Of a stretch of DNA of 64,000 bases, positions 1 to 11,116 are shown one piece after another. Origin of the DNA: Eledone cirrhosa. Taxonomy: Eukaryota. The position numbers and the translations under genes are program-made. Each line of letters starts with the position of its first letter. Within the stretch, counting starts at the first letter, position 1. The notes under the pieces were generated by a model. It had not been told where the DNA came from. It worked only from the letters and a program-made list of their open reading frames with translations, and did no database searches. The stretch is taken from NCBI GenBank assembly GCA_964016885.1, contig OZ024760.1:5952001-6016000 (forward strand), written 5' to 3'.

Positions 1-540
1 CCACTTTACAGTGTGGGCAGGGTGCTTTTTGTTGTGACACCTGCATGACCACTTTACAGTGTGGGCAGGGTGCTTTTTGTTGTGACACCTGCATGACCAC
101 TTTACAGTGTGGGCAGGGTGCTTTTTGTCATGCTACCTACACGACCACTTTACAGTGTGGGCAGGGTGCTTTTTGTCATGCCACCTACACAACCACTTTA
201 CAGTGTGGACTGGGTGCTTTTTGTTGTGACACCTACACGACCACTTTACAGTGTGGACTGGGTGCTTTTTGTCATGCCACCTACACGACCACTTTACAGT
301 GTGGGCAGGGTGCTTTTTGTCAAACCACCTACACGACCACTTTACAGTGTGGACTGGGTGCTTTTTGTCATGCCACCTACACGACCACTTTACAGTGTGG
401 GCAGGGTGCTTTTTGTTGTGACACCTACACGACCACTTTACAGTGTGGGCAGGGTGCTTTTTGTTGTGACACCTACACGACCACTTTACTGTGGGCAGGG
501 TGCTTTTTGTTGTGACACCTACACGACCACAATACAGTGA
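1..540. repeat. 48-bp minisatellite (~11 copies, runs off window start), related to the internal segment of a local SINE family
   Basis: Unit CCACTTTACAGTGTGGGCAGGGTGCTTTTTGTTGTGACACCTACACGA repeats directly. Related sequence occurs in SINE bodies (about 37010-37110) and inverted at about 11350-11640. Confidence 0.9.
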
Positions 541-559
541 GGGTTGGGTGTTGTTTAAC

Positions 560-841
560 CAGAGGCGTAACTAGGGTATGGCAAGTATGGCACATGCCAT
601 GGACGCCACTTGGACTAGGAGCACGTTCTATTAAAGTCAAGTAAGCCTCGTCGGAGAGTGAAAAAAGAAACTCCTTCAGATGTATGACCTGTCTTTGATT
701 GCCATGGGTGAGAACACTATGGTGGCTGGATCATTAAACCATTTATATAAATTATTAGGTCCATAGGTAAAAATAGAGTGCTGGGCAGGTGCACAATTTC
801 ACTACTTGTCATAGGGGCTATTTTCCCTAGTTATGCCTCTG
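560..841. mobile_element. hAT-type MITE (~280 bp)
   Basis: Terminal inverted repeats CAGAGGCGTAACTAGGG...CCCTAGTTATGCCTCTG, with GTTTAACC on both sides overlapping the terminal bases. A second copy at 18129-18413 has a clean 8-bp TSD CTTTCAGG. A truncated copy lies at about 31015-31240. Confidence 0.8.
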
Positions 842-974
842 TTTAACCCAAGGTCAATCATGGGTGATCAGATCTCTAATCCGAGGTTTTCCATCCTTTA
901 CCTTCCTCTTCTTTTTCTCTTTTTTGTCTTGACCATGTTATCCAACATGTCATTCCATTATATATATTTTTATA

Positions 975-1360
975 GAAAGCAACATATGGGATTCCTCCGA
1001 GGGGTTTTTGGAGTAACGTTACTCGATAAAGTGCGTAGCTCGGAGATCATTGAGTCACTCCAGGTAGAGCCCCCACTACTCAGAATTGAGAGATCACAGC
1101 TCCGATACTATGGGCCTGTGGTTAGAATGTCTCAGGAAAGAATCGCTGCATAGATTTTACAGGCAAAACCAACAGGTAGGAGACCCAAGAGTAAACCCCG
1201 AACAAGATGATTACATAACAACTATGAGCTTGGCTGGTCACGCCTGAGGATCGATCTGGATTTATTGGAGACCGTTGCTTCTGACAGGACCCGCTGGAGG
1301 GAATGTTTGAGGACTCTGCCCCCATGACCCTCTCAGTAATAAGTGGGCAAAGAAGAGAAC
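975..1360 (+). mobile_element. RTE-clade LINE 3' fragment
   Basis: Translation GFLRGVFGVTLLDKVRSSEIIESLQVEPPLLRIERSQLRYYGPVVRM resembles the RTE ORF C-terminus. Related fragments at about 8555-8650 (-), 24930-25010, 51240-51360 and 51850-52250. Confidence 0.7.
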
Positions 1361-1575
1361 ATACGATTTAGGGGCGATTTTTAACTGTAAGTTCAATCGT
1401 GTCAAAGCTCCCCGTGTAAAGACAATACATCTCTCTATATATACATAATGAATTAAAAGACAATATATATATATATACACACACATACAATGAATGAAAC
1501 GACATGTGGTGTAACTAGGGAGAAAAAGAAACGTGGAATTACGTCTGCTCAGATAAAATAAAAATATATATTTAC

Positions 1576-1672
1576 CAGGATGCCATTTCAGAGCTAACTT
1601 TCTGTAAGATTTCTTTAATTCTTCGTCTCCGACATCGAAAGGAACTCCAAGTACTTCGTAATGACATTTCAT
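1576..1672 (-). CDS. DNAJC21: DnaJ homolog subfamily C member 21, coding exon 1 (rest of gene lies left of the window)
   Basis: [33 protein letters not shown]|gtaaat. This is a J-domain N-terminus closely matching DNAJC21 ([17 protein letters not shown]), with a phase-1 donor splitting the HPD Asp codon; 97 bp. Confidence 0.88.
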
Positions 1673-2289
1673 GGTAAAATAGTTAAGAAGTTACCAAAAA
1701 ATAATGTTCCGTCTTCTAACATACAAATAAATATTGCAACACAATTTCATAAGATTGACAGGAAGTTCCTTTTTTAAACTTCCGGTGGAAATGTTGATGG
1801 ACAAAGCCGACGGAACGAAATATTTGTTATCGTATTATTTCTGTATAATTTAATAACTCAACCAATGTTTGTTAGTTTATTGCGATAAATTGTTTGTTGT
1901 TTTTTTTTATTATTTAATTAAATAATAAAATCCCCTTTATGTATGTATTATTATTATATGTTATATGCTATATGTCGTTATTGTTATTGTTTTAACTAAT
2001 CCAGGTCAACCCCGATCGATCTAGCTTACCATCAAAAACATTCCAGCATTTTTTTAAGAGTAACCAAGACTACATTATTTAATGTATCCTTCTCATTTTT
2101 AAGATGATCGGGTGTGAGTTAGAGGACATTTGAATGCATTTTTTTCATCAAATGGAGCCAACACTTAGAGAGAGGCTGTTTTCGTTACTGCCTCTCTATT
2201 TCTCACTTTCCTGCTTTGAAAAAACAACAACAACAAAACCAAGGCGAATCTAATAACCCAATCCGCATTTTGTATTAACCAAAAGAAAG
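1673..2289. promoter_or_regulatory. Putative bidirectional promoter between DNAJC21 and MED17
   Basis: Divergent start codons are 617 bp apart. ETS/GABP-type motifs ACAGGAAGT (1758-1766) and ACTTCCGGT (1778-1786) are in opposite orientation. A YY1-like AAGATGGCG overlaps the MED17 ATG. Confidence 0.6.
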
Positions 2290-4155
2290 ATGGCGACCGG
2301 CGAGGTTTCAGTAAGTGTCGAGTCAGTTATCGAACAACAAATCCAAGAAGTTTCCTTTGATGGCCAGGAATTATGTTTACCGCCGCTTTCTATGTCAGAA
2401 AATCTTACCAAGCTCGCACACAAGATCGATTTCTACCGCGATGAAAGTGAAGAAAAGGGTAAACCAACATCGGAAGGGGCGAAGGAAACAGACGAGAAAG
2501 TATTAGCGCCATTCCAACCATCTCTGTGGCCATGGGATTCCGTCAGAAACAAACTGAAGATCGCATTAACCGAGATAAGTGTTCTTAATGATGTTGTTAA
2601 TATTGCAAAAGAAAGACGTTATATGATTCTCGATCACGTAGTTGGTGAATCAAACGAGTCCCGTGTTGCTGTACAGCTTTTAGCTAAAAAACGAAGTTTG
2701 GTATCGGCCGCAGCTGTTTTGGCCGAGGGAACGGAACGTTTGAAGAAATCTCAACAAGAGACTAGTGCAAGGACTCAATCCGACTTCCACATAGAACTCT
2801 TAAAACTGCGACATAATTGGCGACTAAAAAAAGTTGGAAATACGATCCTCGGAGATTTCAGTTATAAATCTGTTGGTTCCAGATATTGGCAGAGTGGAAC
2901 TTTCGAGGTTGTTAAAAGCACGAAAGAGATGGACAGCATGGATTCTATATCTGGTACACCGAAAAGCTGTCTAGAAGTGATCATTCCTAGTGAGTTAGAA
3001 GGTGTAGCTTACGTTAAAATTGAAGTGAAAACTTTCCCGGAATTATCAGACCTGACAAGCGTAGCTCTGAAAATGCCAAGTGGATTATGTCCCGTTCCTT
3101 CAGATACGTATTGGCACCAGAAATTGGAAGTTGCTCAGAATGTTTTGTTTTGTAAAGAATTGTTTTCGCAGTTGGCCCGAGAAGCTGTCCAGTTGAAATC
3201 GCAGGTACCACACATGGTTGTCGGTAATCAAATCATTACAAATATTTTCCCTGGTGTCCAGCTGTCCATTGTACTGTGTCATTATAACGATAAGGACAAG
3301 CGGGTCACGTCTTTGAAAGTTGACCACAACCACGTTCTTGAACACTCTCTCCACCAGCTTCTTCGAGAAGCCCACTACAAAACAATCAACCACCCACCTC
3401 CGCACCCGGTCACCGTCACGCTGGGTCTGAGCAAGAGGCGGCGGCTGGCCGGTCCCCACGGTTACAGCCGGCAGGACCTGACGGAAATGACGGAGAACGA
3501 AACCCTGTTGGAACAGATCATACAGCAGACGAAACACGCCGTGCTTCGCAAGCGTGTGATGGAAACGGTGGACAGGATGGCCATCCACGTACCCGACCCA
3601 CAGATCTCTACCCACTGGAGCTGCCTAAATAGCAGTCTGGAATCTAGTGTGAAGATAAACATCACCTCTCTTGGATATGAGATAAACAGGACTTCACTGG
3701 TGCTAGAAATTGGCACGGACACTATCAAAGCTATCAGTAGGGATGGCAGAGTTAGTATATTGTCGTTCGAACCTAAAGAACTTGAAGATCTGCTCATGTG
3801 GCAGATCGCTTTCCATCATTTAGCCATAATTGTGTTCCTGAGTAAGTTAATGGGGTGGCAGATTCTGTCGAGTAGTAACTGTGTTGGAGTTGGGCAGATG
3901 GAGCCTCTGGGCACGGCCTCTTCTATTACGTTGGGGTCACCGAAAGGAGACAAACTGGTTTGTATTCGGAGTGGAGCAGCTACTGGTCAGCATGTGTACA
4001 TTCAATCATTACCACACTCTTATGACAGTTCTGTCGTGACCGACCCAAAATGGAAAAACCTTGAGGGTTCCTTCCAGGAGGTTAACCTCGATAAATTAGT
4101 CGGTCGAAGTTTTATTATCAAAATTGAATTCTTAATGGCTACACTGATGTCATAA
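2290..4155 (+). CDS. MED17: Mediator of RNA polymerase II transcription subunit 17 (single coding exon, 621 aa)
   Basis: Uninterrupted ORF with Med17 motifs: VSVES..EQQIQEVSFDGQE, PLSMSENLTKLAHKIDF, WPWDSVRNKLK.ALTE, LRHNWRLKKVG..ILGD.SY.S.GS, LE.AQNVLFCKELF.QLAREA, HVLEHSLHQLLRE. Confidence 0.95.
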   Translation: MATGEVSVSVESVIEQQIQEVSFDGQELCLPPLSMSENLTKLAHKIDFYRDESEEKGKPTSEGAKETDEKVLAPFQPSLWPWDSVRNKLKIALTEISVLNDVVNIAKERRYMILDHVVGESNESRVAVQLLAKKRSLVSAAAVLAEGTERLKKSQQETSARTQSDFHIELLKLRHNWRLKKVGNTILGDFSYKSVGSRYWQSGTFEVVKSTKEMDSMDSISGTPKSCLEVIIPSELEGVAYVKIEVKTFPELSDLTSVALKMPSGLCPVPSDTYWHQKLEVAQNVLFCKELFSQLAREAVQLKSQVPHMVVGNQIITNIFPGVQLSIVLCHYNDKDKRVTSLKVDHNHVLEHSLHQLLREAHYKTINHPPPHPVTVTLGLSKRRRLAGPHGYSRQDLTEMTENETLLEQIIQQTKHAVLRKRVMETVDRMAIHVPDPQISTHWSCLNSSLESSVKINITSLGYEINRTSLVLEIGTDTIKAISRDGRVSILSFEPKELEDLLMWQIAFHHLAIIVFLSKLMGWQILSSSNCVGVGQMEPLGTASSITLGSPKGDKLVCIRSGAATGQHVYIQSLPHSYDSSVVTDPKWKNLEGSFQEVNLDKLVGRSFIIKIEFLMATLMS

Positions 4156-4752
4156 ATTTAACCCCCATCCCCACCCCTCACCCCCCAAAAAAGAATGAAA
4201 AGAAAAAAAAAAACATATCAACCCAAAGAGCTACAGATATCTTTTTTTTCCAATCAAACTGAGCTGTGTGTGGAACCATGTTAAAAAAAATATTTGAGGT
4301 ATAACACAGAATATTATAAGTACCAGTGTACTGCTGGGGTCGGTTCTTCCTCTATATCTCTTTCTCACTTCCTCTCTCTCTCTCATCTGGAAGAAACCAG
4401 CTGTGTTCAGACCTGGATAAGAGATGGGCTCCAGCAGGTTTTTTTTAAATGCCCAAGACTCGCTCTGTGTAACTATGGTGCCCCTACAACTCCATCAGGA
4501 GTTATGGGCCCATGTATACCAGATTATACCAGATCAAATATTGTTAATATTGTATATATATATCAATGCATTCATCAGTATTGATTATTTGTCACAAATG
4601 CCACTCAATCAGTGCCAATCAGTTCCATAAATCACCAATCACTACATTATATATTGATTTCGGGTTTATTGGTTGGTGTGAAATCAGCAGTATTGTAAAT
4701 ATAATATAGACTTCTGAAATCTACTGATAAAGGACAAATGTGTGTGAGTGTG

Positions 4753-4801
<49 letters not shown>

Positions 4802-5589
4802 GTGTGTATTTATATATAAAACGTCTGGGACTCGTACATTTTCTATAGACTTCATAACTACCCAGCACATAGTTCGATACTTTGCATATATATATATACA
4901 CACACACATGTGTGTGTTTGTGTTTATGTATGTATATATGTATGTGTCTGTATATATATATATGTGTGTTTGTATGTGTCTCTCTCTGTATATATATATT
5001 TACATACATATATATGTAGATGTATATATATATATGCCTGTGTATGTATGTATATATATATGTGTGTGTGTGTTTGTGTTTATGTATGTATATATATATG
5101 TGTATGTGTCTGTATATATATATGTGTGTGTTTGTGTGAGTCTCTCTCTCTGTATATATATATATATATTTACATATATATATATGTGTGCCTGTGTATG
5201 TATATATATATATATATGTGTGTGTGTACATTTATATATGTCTCTGTTTATATATGTGTGTGTCTATATGTGTATATATAGTTTATTAAGGTTGATCCAA
5301 TGACCTGTCATTCTGGAGCATCCTCTGTGTGTCATCAGGCTACTAGTTCAAACTTAAAGTATTATTCGCTATGCAGTTGAGTTCTCATTCTCATATTCAT
5401 CAGTACTAAATATATATAAATGAAAAGTAGGGGTCAGCATCAAGAAGGGCATCCAGCTATAGAAATTTGCTGTGAATAAAGCAGGGCTTTAATACATAGA
5501 TACACACATACATACATTTGCTGTCCAGCCCATGCAAGCATGTAAAAACAGACATAAAACATTGATGATAATGATGATGATAATATATA

Positions 5590-5892
5590 TTATCATTTTA
5601 CATCCGCTTTTCCCTGCTTGCATGGGTGGGACGGGAACTGATTCTGGCTTGATTTCTACAGCTGGATGCCCTTCCTAACACCAACCTCATTTACAGTGAG
5701 TGCTGGGTGCTTTTTTGCAGTGGAATGGTAGGGATCCCAGTCCTATCATCTCATTTCTACAGCTGAGTAAACTGGAGCAATGTGAAATAAAGTGTCTTGC
5801 TCAAGGAAACAACACATCACCCGGTCTGAGAATTGAACTCACAACCTTTTGGTTGCAAGGCCAATGCTCTAACCACTAAGCCATGTGCCTCC
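5590..5892 (-). mobile_element. tRNA-derived SINE, family B (~300-340 bp, (ATG)n tail)
   Basis: Minus-strand head GGAGGCACATGGCTTAGTGGTTAGAGC (A box)...GAGTTCAATTCTC (B box), then CCTTGAGCAAGACACTT. Near-identical copies at 16626-16960, 31271-31611 and 46243-46520; partial copies at about 36840-37110 and 63140-63490. Confidence 0.85.
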
Positions 5893-6227
5893 ATATATAG
5901 ATGTATATAGAGATGAGTGGCAAAGTGGACGTTGTTTTCTCTCTCTGCATTCTCTGAGTTCAAATCCCGCCGGGGTCAACTTTACCTTTCATTCTTTTGA
6001 GATGGATAAAAAAAGTACCAGTCGAATACTGGAGTCAATTCTTCCTCTATATCTCTCTCGTTTCCTCTCTATCACTCTTTTTCTCTTCTTGGGAAGAAAA
6101 ATCTGCTGCTTTCAGACGTGGAGAAGGGATGGGCTCCATCAGGTTTAAAATGCCTAAGATTTACTGTATGTCAGGGTGGCAGCCCTATGACTCCATAAAG
6201 AGTTACAGGTCCATACATATATATATT

Positions 6228-6370
6228 AGAGTGGGCTGAAAAGTTCATAAGCTGACTATGAATGAATGAAACTAATGCTGCGAAATCTTGCATGCATTAA
6301 TTTCAACTCTTCTTATTAATAACTCTCATTCTATGAGAGTATCTTGGTCAGCGTAAGAACTTTTCAGCGT
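6228..6370. mobile_element. Tc1/mariner-like MITE remnant
   Basis: Inverted ends GGGCTGAAAAGTTCATAAGCTGAC / GTCAGCGTAAGAACTTTTCAGC. Related copies at about 53897-54020 and 62795-62975. Confidence 0.55.
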
Positions 6371-6589
6371 ATGAACTTTTACATGGCTGAGTGGTTAGAG
6401 AATTGGATTCGCAATCGTGAGTTCGATTCCCAGAGCAGGTGATGCATTATGTCCTTGAGCAAGACACTTTATTTCACGTTGCTCCTTCTACCTGGAGTTG
6501 CGACCGACAGATAGTATTAGCAATTGGAAAGACCAATGGAAACATTGTTTCCTCGGTCGAATTTGGTCAAAGTTGATCGACTGTCGATA

Positions 6590-6644
<55 letters not shown>

Positions 6645-8196
6645 ACACGTGCACACATAAGTGTTAAACATTATATTCCATACGGGGTCGATAAAATAAA
6701 GTACCAGTAATGTACTGGATAATTGCTGGCCTTGTGTCAAATGTAAAAACAATTATATATATTTAAAGATACCAATACAGTACCACTGAATTGGTGTTAC
6801 CTGGCAGAACAGAGAATGAGACAGGTGTATGGGTTGTATGTTTTTGTTGTTTCTTTTGATTTTTTTTTTTATTCACCCTAAAGAAATTTTTTTGATTTCT
6901 GTAACTTTAAAATTACCAATTCCTTTTGGAAGCATCATATACTGGTAGATTGATAAATGCTGCAAAAATGATAAATCTTGAAGAATGGCTGAATGTGTTA
7001 ATGGAAGCAATAAACCAGTACATTATGGTGTTATGTTTTGTCTTTCCATTTATTTTTACTCAACTCTTTTTTTTCTAACCCTTTTATTTATCATATTTCT
7101 AATGAGTGACAAAGGTTTGGAAGGACCTTTTAGCTGTGTCAAAGACATGACAGCCTCCCTAATGCTGGTGGTCTACACAATAAAAGCACCCGGTACACGC
7201 TGTAAAGTGGTTTGGTGTTAGGAAGAGCATTCAGTCATAGCAAGCTTGTTAACCCTTTAGCATTTACATTACTCTATATATACTATTGAATTTTAACGGT
7301 AAAGGCATTACCTCACAAAATATCGAAGATTTTGATATTATTTATTTTGAGAACAATACCTTGACATCAGTATGAGTGGCTGATTTGAACAGAAAGAGAA
7401 TTCTGGCCGGTTTAAATGCTAAAGGGTAAAACAAAGTGTTGAGAGAACCTTTTAGTTGTGTCAAGGACATGATTACCTCCCTAGTGCTGGTGATCTTCAT
7501 GATAAAAGCACCAAGTACATGCTGGAAAGTGGTTGGTGTTATGAAGGGCATCCAGCCATAGAGAGCTTGATAGACAAGGGGTTGGGAGGACATGACAACC
7601 TCCTTAGTGCTGGTGATCTACACAGTAAATATACCCAGCACATACTGTAAAGTGGTTGGTGTTAGAAAGGGCATCCAGCCAGAAAGTTTGTTAAACAAGG
7701 GGTTAGGAGGACCCTTTAGTTGTGTGAAGGACATGACAGCCTCTCTACTGCTGGTGACCTTCATGATAAAAGCACCCGGTACATGCTGTAATGTGTAATC
7801 CAGCCATAGAAAGCTTGTTAAACAAAGGCTTGGGAGGACCCTTTAGTTTTGTGAAGGACGTGACAACTTCTGTGCACTCAATAGAACATATGACCATATG
7901 TAAGAGAAATGCAAACCCCTCGGTCTGACAGGGAGATCAGTAGCCACTATTTCAGTACTGACTTGGTCTTTGTAGACCCATCCAAACCTTGCTGGCAGAC
8001 AAAGTGGACATTAAATGATGGTGGTGATAACACTGCCTATGATTTTCAAATAATTTTGAAAAGAAAATAATCAAGAATTTGGAGAGATTTAATAATATAA
8101 CTTTCTCATTAATCAACTGGTTTATGAAATATAACTTAAATGTTCTTCCATAAAATTATGAAGTAGTTTTTAGATCATAATTTTATGGAAGAACAT

Positions 8197-8395
8197 TTAA
8201 CCCTTTAGCATTTACATTACTCTATATATACCATTGTATTTTCATGGTAAGCTCACATAATATCGAATCTATGAGATTTTGTTAGTTTTTTTTATTTAGA
8301 ACAATACTTTATCATCAGTATGACTGGTCGGTTTGAATAGAAAGAGGTGAGAGAATTCTGGCTGGATATGGCTAGTTTAAATGCTAAAGGGTTAA
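8197..8395. mobile_element. TTAA-flanked (piggyBac-type) MITE, ~200 bp, high copy
   Basis: TTAA|CCCTTTAGCATTTA...TAAATGCTAAAGGG|TTAA. Further copies in both orientations at about 7248-7430, 10479-10691, 29273-29493, 29519-29680, 29942-30136, 32206-32421, 33845-34045, 36350-36567, 44936-45164, 57631-57844 and 63887-64000. Confidence 0.85.
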
Positions 8396-8839
8396 GTTAC
8401 ATATATATATATATGTATGTAAAAGGTAAACAGGAATAACAACACAATCGGTACAGTATAGGGAAGGGATATGGTATATAAAAAGAATCACCCAATTTCA
8501 AATGGTTTGGTATTAAAAATGTTAAAATGTCTCAGTGAAGAATTTTTTCTTGTTCCCACATTTATTCCTGAAAGTATCATGTGGATAGAGTTCTCAGAGG
8601 GTCCTGTCAGAAGCAACCAAATTCTTCAGACCTGTGGAGTACAGGATTATCTCTCTAGTGAATGATTAAGAAATTTGACACAAGTTTGGTAAGTTCATTT
8701 TAGTGTTAGAATCTGAAGATACCTGGATAAACATTAACACAACACACTGAGAGAAATGGTACAAACAGGATGCAGGGGAAGTAATTTGGTTTTGTTTAGG
8801 TGTCTTCTTACAAACAGAAGGGGGAATAATAAGTGGTTT

Positions 8840-9625
8840 GTTGTGGAAACTTCCGACATGTTTGGTCTCCGAACCACCTCCCTACTCATTGGTGTTAGGG
8901 CTGAGTGAGCCCCATTAAGTTAACTGTTGGTTTCTTTTGTCAAACCCAAGAGCAGTGGAGGCGTCTGGCGTTCTCGGTCCCTGAACCACTGCCCTACTTG
9001 GTGTTATCAGGGCCGTGTGGCCACCTACAGAAGAGCTCCATTAAGTGAATTTGTGATTTCTTTTGTCAACCCTAGAGAAGTGAAAACTTGATGTTCTTGG
9101 TCCCTGAACCACTTCCTTATTTGCTGTTATCAGGGCTGAGTTGACCACATACAGGAGTGGGCTGGCCTCTTATCAAATGTAGAGTGGTGGAAACCTCTAA
9201 CATTCTCAGTCCCCAGATCAACTCTCTACAAGCTGTTGTCGGGGCCGTGTTGGCTACGAGCAGGAGTGAGCCGCATTAAGTGTGAAATGTTGATTTCTTT
9301 TGTCAAACCTAAAGCAGTGGAGACCTCTGGCCTTCTCAGTCCCCATGTCACCTCCCTACAGGCTATTAAAGGGGCCGTGCTGACGTCTTGTCAAATGTAG
9401 AGTGGTGGAAACCTCTAACATTCTCAATTCCCAAACCACTTCTCTGCTTGCTGTTATCAGGGCCAAGTTAAACACCAGCAGGAGTGGGCCCCATTAAGTG
9501 AAATGTTGGTTTCTTTTGTCAAACCTAGAGAAATGGAGACCTCTCGTTCTCGGTCCACAAACCGCTTCCCTAGTTGCTGTTATCAGGGCCGTATTGGCTA
9601 CCAGCAGGAGAGCCCCACAAGTTGG
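8840..9625. repeat. Degenerate ~100-110-bp tandem repeat
   Basis: Recurring TTCTCGGTCCC...GCTGTTATCAGGGCCG...CATTAAGTG...TTTCTTTTGTCAAACC blocks. Confidence 0.65.
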
Positions 9626-10137
9626 AATAGCTATTTCAATGTGTCTCCCTCACTATCGTCAGAAGTAACACTTTTTCCATTCTCCACTGGAACCACAATC
9701 AAACTCACCTCACGATTGCGAATTTAATTCTCTAACTACTCAGCCATACACATATATCTATAAATAAGCATATTTATATACATCATATTAGTTTAACAAT
9801 CATATACACATGCATATATATATATATATAAAATATACAATATATTTTCCCCCTATTTTATTACATTCTTATAACATTAGTATTAGTTAAATAACTTTTA
9901 TTGAAACATTTGTAACATTATTGAATGATTTAAGAAATCTAGTCTCTCACCTTAATTTATTATATATATATATATACGTGTGTGTATGAGTATATATATG
10001 CAAATGTGAGGAATCAAAACATATCAAATATGTTTGATGTTTTGTTCTCAATAAAAAAAAAGCTCCATATATATCTTAATTTTTATATATATAGTCCCAC
10101 GATTGTTTGCTTTTTTATTTCTGTTTACTTTTTGCAG

Positions 10138-10182
<45 letters not shown>

Positions 10183-11085
10183 ATTTACTAATGTTAATGA
10201 AAGGTAAATGTTGATTTTTGCTGCATGAAATAGTACCATATAGGCCTTGTAAAAACTTAGTGGGTATGTAAGTGCAATACTTAATCTGTTTCAGTTTTTA
10301 GCCTGATTATATTGTTCTCTCCAATACATTAGATATGTGGTTTCCTATGATATTGGCAGTGTACAAGCTCTCTGAGGTCCTTAATTTTTAGCTGCAATTC
10401 TCTCATTGAGCAATCATAGAACCACATATTCGTTATATATCCATCTCTATTGATTTGACATATATAAATATATCAAGTTTAACCCATTAGCATTTAAACT
10501 GGCTGTATCCGGCCAGAATTCTATAACCTTTCTGTTCAAGCTGCTCATACTGATGTTAACGTATTGTTCTCAAAATAAATAATACCCAAATCTCATAGAT
10601 TCGATATCGTGTAAGATACTTATGTGAAATAAAGGGTTTACCGTGAAAATATAATAGTATATATACAGTAATGTAAATGCTAACGGGTTAATATAGAAAT
10701 GGCTTCTACAGGACTAGAACTGTTTTATTCAAAAGAAATCATCAAGAAAGCCCTGATGATTTCTTTTGAACAAAGCAGTTCTAGTCCTGTAGAATCTATT
10801 CCTATATTAACCTTGATTTTTACACACTACTAATGTATTGAGTACCTTACTGTCTACTTGAGATGGTCCAGGTTAGTGTTCGACCTTGTATATATCGATG
10901 TTGTATTATTGTAGTCACATGCTTTTGGTCACCTTATTCTTGGTGTCATATTTCATTAACTTTTTGTGTTCACTCTGGGTAAAAATGTATCAATTTTTCA
11001 CAGCACAGTGCTTTCATTATTGTCTCTCATAATTCGATGACCATCTTCTATAGAGCAGCTGCAACTTCAGTTATACTAATTATTA

Positions 11086-11116
<31 letters not shown>

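Noticed and set aside
45-540. Cys-rich repeat ORFs (TTTLQCGQGAFC)n
   Set aside because: By-product of a 48-bp SINE-related minisatellite whose unit length is a multiple of 3; no splice or homology support.
1262-1575. Extension of the DNAJC21 ORF beyond WHPG
   Set aside because: Read-through into intron 1 past a canonical GT donor; the sequence becomes microsatellite and LINE-derived.
4647-5303. Long YIYI/VCVC ORFs (also 25343-25751, 40395-41550, 53125-53460)
   Set aside because: Translations of (TA)n/(TG)n/(CA)n microsatellites.
5325-5410. Two minus-strand CTGATGA motifs
   Set aside because: No correctly placed GAAA with stem III and stem I; not foldable as a hammerhead by eye.
6383-6480. 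tRNA-like sequence with A and B boxes
   Set aside because: Continues into the SINE body CCTTGAGCAAGACACTT and lacks a full cloverleaf; it is a SINE head, as are similar heads elsewhere in the window.
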